A stretch of DNA of 64,000 nt. Origin: Podarcis pityusensis. Its lineage: Eukaryota. A program made the translations under genes and the position numbers. The notes beneath the pieces were generated by a model. That model had not been told where the DNA came from. It saw nothing but the letters and a program-made list of their open reading frames with translations, and did no database searches. The stretch is from NCBI GenBank assembly GCA_964106645.2, contig OZ067044.1. One strand, 5' to 3'. Of the stretch, positions 59,093 through 64,000 are shown in pieces (the stretch's first letter is position 1; the number at the start of each line of letters is the position of its first letter).

Positions 59093-60517
59093 ACTACAAT
59101 ATAAATGAAGTAAAATAAATGGTACTTCAGAGTTATCTCTCGTTGAGGAGACAATCAGCTCACAGGAATGAACACAGGGGGCATTGCTAGTGATCACAAT
59201 GGCTCTAGAAAATGGAAGGGAAGAATTATTCTGTTCCACAGACATAGACTAGAAAATGTGTTTGTTTGTTTTTTAAATGTTTTATGACATTCCAGAAACT
59301 TTTCTCTTGACCTCTCGCTAACAAAACTGGGCCAGCTTTATATGTATATTAGCTAGTCTGAAGATTTTAGCAGGTTCTTCCAGTTCTTGCATCTCTGATT
59401 AAAGCAAGGCATGTGATAATTTAGGGGCCTCATGAAGGTAACAGCACACAGGAGACGGTAATTGGAGATAATATTGTAGAAGCAAAATTCAGCAACTGCT
59501 GGATTTCATTTGTAAAACAAATGTAAATAAGCATTCTCAATCCTTGGTTTTGAGGAAAATTATAAAAGAGCCTTTGGCAGTTTTGTTTTTTGGTATTTGA
59601 GAGTTATTAAAATGATAATTTGAGTGATTTATTGGTGTATGCAATTAAATAATTGAAAATTAATACAGAATTCTTGCTTTAAGCATTGCACTATTATTTA
59701 TTTATTATTATCTGGGATTAAGGTTAATTATAAATATGGGCGTAATTAAAATTATAGCCTGACTTAGATCTCTTTTTTTGGTTGATTATGGCAATAGTAA
59801 GCAATGTTTAATATGATTTATTCAGCCGTTAGCAACTCTTCAAGTTTATGACTGGTTTCACATTTATAGGAGCAATCTTTGGAACATGGCTGCAAATATA
59901 ACTTTTATTTTTAGGCTGCATTGAAAGCTATCAATTTACTTTATTTCAGCATTTATTCTATCACGTAGAAGGAATGCAGTTTAAAAGAGCACTGAAGTTC
60001 AGCTGAAGTTCTCTAAAGTGACAAGAGCAGTTACCACATGAAGAATAACCTCCTCTCTGATTCCCTTAAGCCTACGTTTTGGAATGTTTCTTGGTTGCAG
60101 TATTGGCAATGGCTAGATAGGCTGTTAGCACTCTCCTATGCATGTTGAATTCTGAAGTTCAAAAATAATTTATTTTTGATAATAGCTCAGTGGCTGAGCA
60201 TAGGGCTTGAGTTCAATCCCTGTCATCTCTACCTGGCACTAGGAGAGATCACTGGAAGTTGGTACCATCAGTATGGTACTCCACCATGTCTTTTGTTAAT
60301 TATTTACCCAGGGGAGGCCAACTTGGCTCAAAAGCTATGTTTGGAGCCTGTCTTGGAGTAGATGAGGTTAAACAGGTTGAGAGCGAATCCATACATGATG
60401 GAGATAATGTTACTAGGGAATCCCGAAGCTATTCCCAATGGCCATAATGCAGAAAACTGACCAGATGGTCTATGTGCCTGTTCTGTCTGCAGTCAAGGTC
60501 CTTGCTCTCTCCCCCTG

Positions 60518-60792
60518 TTTTCTCCTGCTCTGGAGGGAAGGACTCGAATTAATGGCTTCAAGTTACAAGAAAGGAGATTCTTACTAAACTTCAGGAAGAA
60601 CTTTCTGACAGTAAGAGCTATTTGGTGGTGGAACAGACTCCCTCAGAAGGTGGTGGACTTCATTAGAAGCTTTTAAGCTGAGGTTGGATGGCCATTTGTC
60701 ATGGATGCCTTAGTTAAGATCCCTGCATTGCAGTGGGTTAGACTAGATGACCTTCGGAACCCCTTCCAACTCTACAGTTCTATTATTCTATT
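60518..60792 (+). mobile_element. CR1 3' fragment
   Basis: aagttacaagaaaggagattc...caggaagaactttctgacagtaagagc (KLQERRF..RKNFLTVRA) and a ccttccaactctacagttctattattctat tail. Confidence 0.85.
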
Positions 60793-62560
60793 ATTTAAGC
60801 TAGCCTTAAGATTGGTCAGCCCTTCGAACAGAGAATTGTCCTCTGTAAAGTATTACACAATGCCCACCTTACCATCAAGTGAGCTTCATAACTCTGGGGA
60901 GATTTGAACCTGGGTCTCCCCAGTCTCAACCAGACACTGTAACCAAATCGCTAGCCATTTATCAAAGACAGGCCCTGAAGTTTCTTAGCAAAATGAAAAC
61001 AAAAATTGGAGGGCTTCCAGGACGCATTTGGAGTATATGTGTGGCTTACTAACAAACGATAGATTTCCATAAATGGCACCACATCTGTCTAAATCTCCTC
61101 AATATGATTTATTTGCTTTTCAAGTTAAAACACTTTGCATACGTTACAACTTTTAGTTAACATTTTATCATGAATAAATAGGAGTAGAAAGGGGAAACAG
61201 AAGGGAAATGTTCTTCCACCAAAATGTATTTATAACTCTGATTCGAAAGAACTTTGTTCGGTTTCCAGCCAGTCCCTGTGAGTGAGGTAAATACTTTGGT
61301 CATGACGGCTCTGAGAATACCACATATAAATACTTGTATGGTTTTACACTCTTGGTCACCTGAACGTCTTATTGTACTGTGACGGGATTACAAGCTTGCA
61401 AAAGCAATGGCCTTGAAAGACCTGCGCTCTTGCCATCAAGGCATTCCTGGCTATCACCACACCCCTCTATTCACATTTGTGTCAGGCCTGACCTAAATTC
61501 CATTGGACTAAATGGAAAAAGTCCCTTTGACTTCCTTTGAGGCCGTTCTGCACCACTTGGTGAACCTCTGAATCCTTATGAGGGGACTGCCAAAGCAGTA
61601 GCTCACACAGCAGATTGTAGCAAAGGACAAAAATGAACATGAGTGCAGAATCCTTAATTTGCTTTTTGTTAAACTTCAAGCACTTTTGGGGGGGGGGGGA
61701 CTGTACATAAACCAAAGAGATATACTGTCAGTTCTGTGTTCAGGGAACTAGCTTGTAACGATCACTCAGTGGATGTTAACACTGCTGATTTTGTTAAAAT
61801 ATAAGTGCCAAGGTTTACGTTTGCCTTGGACCCCTGCTATTTAAGCTTAGATGCCTGGAGGCCAAATACAAAAGGTTTATTATTGCTTTAAGCCAGGGGT
61901 TGCAGATATGTGGCCTGCCAGATGTTGTTGGACTACAGGTCCCATCAACCTCAGCCAGCATGGTGAGCCTCCACTCAGCTTTTTCACATCACTCTCTTTT
62001 GTAATCTTACCTGAGTCCCTGATGCAGGTCAGGTGTTAAATCTCAGTGTCAACACTAACAGGGTTATTGATTCATGTGTTTATATTAATCAATATGTCTA
62101 TTGTTCTAGCCAAGGGCCATGACAAACTCGCAGCAACAGTACCAATAAAACAATACAGATCATACCTCCACAATATAAGCCAACACTCACGATATAAGAG
62201 GCTATCAGAGACGCCACCAAACTCAAATCCAGCTCAATTTCAAATTAAAACTCCAGATCACCACAAGAATTTATAGTGATTTGATCGAACTCCTTTTTCC
62301 TTCCCCCCCCCCCCCGGGTCACTCTCTGTGTTAACGAAGCTATTATTGTCACTCAAAAGAAACTGGACCATTTCTGCTAGGGCATACTTGCTTAGTTTTG
62401 TGAGCTAAGGTTTCAGAAATCGATCCCTTGGGTCTCTATATAATGGGCAGGCTAACAGATCATGAGTGATGTCTTCCTCATGAGGTTGAACACAAGTACC
62501 AAGTATGTCTGCTTATGGGACCTTGTAAGGGCCATCCAAGACTGCATTGTGCATCGCTTG

Positions 62561-62863
62561 GAGAGCCAGTGTGGTGTAGTGGTTAAGAGCGGTAGTCTCG
62601 TAATCTGGTGAACTGGGTTCGCTTCCCCGCTCCTCCACATGCAGCTGCTGGGTGACCTTGAGCTAGTCACACTTCTCTGAAGACTCTCAGCTCCACTCAC
62701 CTCACAGAATGTTTGTTGTGGGGGAGGAAGGGAAAGGAGATTGTTAGCCGCTTTGAGAGTCCTTCGGGTAGTGATAAAGCGGGATATCAAATCCAAACTA
62801 CTCCTCCTCCTCCTCCTCCTCCTCCTCCTCATCCTCCTCTTCTTCTTCTTCTTCTTCTTCTTC
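62561..62863 (+). mobile_element. tRNA-derived CORE-type SINE (Squam3-like) with (CCT)n(TCT)n tail
   Basis: Same sequence as 8699-8964, ending in a compound trinucleotide tail. Confidence 0.9.
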
Positions 62864-63084
62864 GAAACACAGTTCAATAAAGACATATGTTAAGGAAGAT
62901 GTTGAGAATTTGGTCAGATAACTAGCTCTGAAATGCTCTGCCCTCATACCAAGAGGAAAACCTGTTGTTTCTAATTAGTTGCAGGTCCTTCTCTGGATTG
63001 TATCCAGAAGAGCTCAAACCCTTAGTTGACACCTATTCAAGGGCAAAGCAGAGGTCGGTTCTGGGAAATAATAATAGTCTAAAA

Positions 63085-63242
63085 GAGGCATGCCTAACCA
63101 GTCGATCGCGTGCTCCAGAAAGAAAGAAAGAAAGCTGAACAACTTTGGGTCCTTCTCCCCCCAAAAGCTCGACAACTTTGGGTCTTTATCCCCCCGAAAA
63201 GCTCACTGAGCTCTGCCAGGAGTTGGGAGTTGGACATGCCTG
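63085..63242. mobile_element. hAT-type MITE with internal tandem repeat
   Basis: Ends gaggcatgcctaac / gttggacatgcctg; perfect 8-bp TSD gtctaaaa (63077-63084 / 63243-63250). Confidence 0.82.
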
Positions 63243-64000
63243 GTCTAAAACATCTTTACAAGCTGCTTTCCAGAGTTGGTTAGCACCCAATTCCATATAG
63301 AGCAGAGCAGGAAAATGCTCAATAGGCATAGTAGCATTTTTTTAGAATGTGCTTTAATTGAGCATAGCTGCTCTTGCCTTAATAGTTGGTCACCCAGATT
63401 CTGCTGATATTCCTAGTGGTAGAGAGTATAACTTCCAAAAAATATATATTCTGCACAGTTTCTAAAACGCTAATGGAGTTCAAATCAGAGTCCCAGATTT
63501 CAGCACCATGGAGCATTAGAGTAAACAACTTGTTTCCAAATGTCTATAGGACAGGGTCAATCATTTGTCTGGATGTATACTGTTCACTTTTTCAAAAGCT
63601 CAGGTTGGATAACCTGATTCAAAAACAGAACTTCCTTCATCCCTGATCTTTTGGCATTGTGGCTGGGGCTGATGGGAGTTGTTGTCCAATAGGACCTGGG
63701 AATGACTGTGGTACACAGAACAAAGCAGCCTCAAGGAATGTAGGTTAGAATGTAGGTCTTGCAAATGTCACATTTCTTTTTTTCATGGTTGGGCACTTGG
63801 GATACAGGACAAGAATGTGAAATAGGGATTTAGAAAGCTAAGCAAAATAGGAAATGAAGTAGCATAATTTCTTTTTAATGGAAGGTCACACTCCACAGCT
63901 GTTAAGGATGCAGAAGCTTTTTCCAGGGGAGTACGTGCTTTTCTTTTGCATCTGTCTAGCGCTTATGTAATCTAAAGCAGTTGCTGCTATTTGAATACTT

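Larger units (their letters stand above)
10469..64000 (+). other. TRPS1: Very large TRPS1 intron preceding the GATA-finger exon (3' end outside window)
   Basis: Starts with GT at 10469. The expected next peptide (RRRGSGVFCANC-like) is not in the ORF track and I did not see it by eye. Confidence 0.75.

Noticed and set aside
62452-62886. 144-aa ORF with poly-K/R that looks like an NLS or protamine
   Set aside because: Antisense translation of a SINE and its microsatellite tail; same for 8671-8904.
1-64000. A novel multi-gene biological system
   Set aside because: Apart from one TRPS1 exon and the CR1 ORF2 remnant, no credible coding sequence is present; the remaining short ORFs are as expected by chance in intronic DNA.

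Overview
AT-rich vertebrate genomic DNA, almost certainly from a squamate and probably a lacertid lizard (inferred from the Sauria-type and Squam3-like SINEs). The window lies inside the TRPS1 gene on the + strand. It holds one coding exon (9862-10468: a C2H2 zinc finger followed by the region that precedes the GATA finger), about 9.9 kb of upstream intron and more than 53 kb of downstream intron; I saw no GATA-finger exon. The introns carry a 5'-truncated CR1 LINE (- strand, three frameshifts), Sauria SINEs, CORE-type tRNA SINEs, a tRNA-Lys/CR1 SINE and a 5S-derived SINE. They also carry many TA-flanked Tc1/mariner MITEs, hAT MITEs with 8-bp target-site duplications (TSDs), Penelope-like fragments with decayed minimal hammerhead motifs, L2/CR1 remnants and microsatellites. 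Several TE-free blocks look like conserved enhancers, but that is inference. I found no convincing novel multi-gene system. The best leads are small-scale: hammerhead relics, a pre-miRNA-sized hairpin in a nested MITE, an inverted MITE pair bracketing a candidate enhancer, one MITE core carrying three different TIR sets, and templated-insertion repair scars. Boundaries of old repeats are approximate, and family names come from recalled consensus features, not from a database search.
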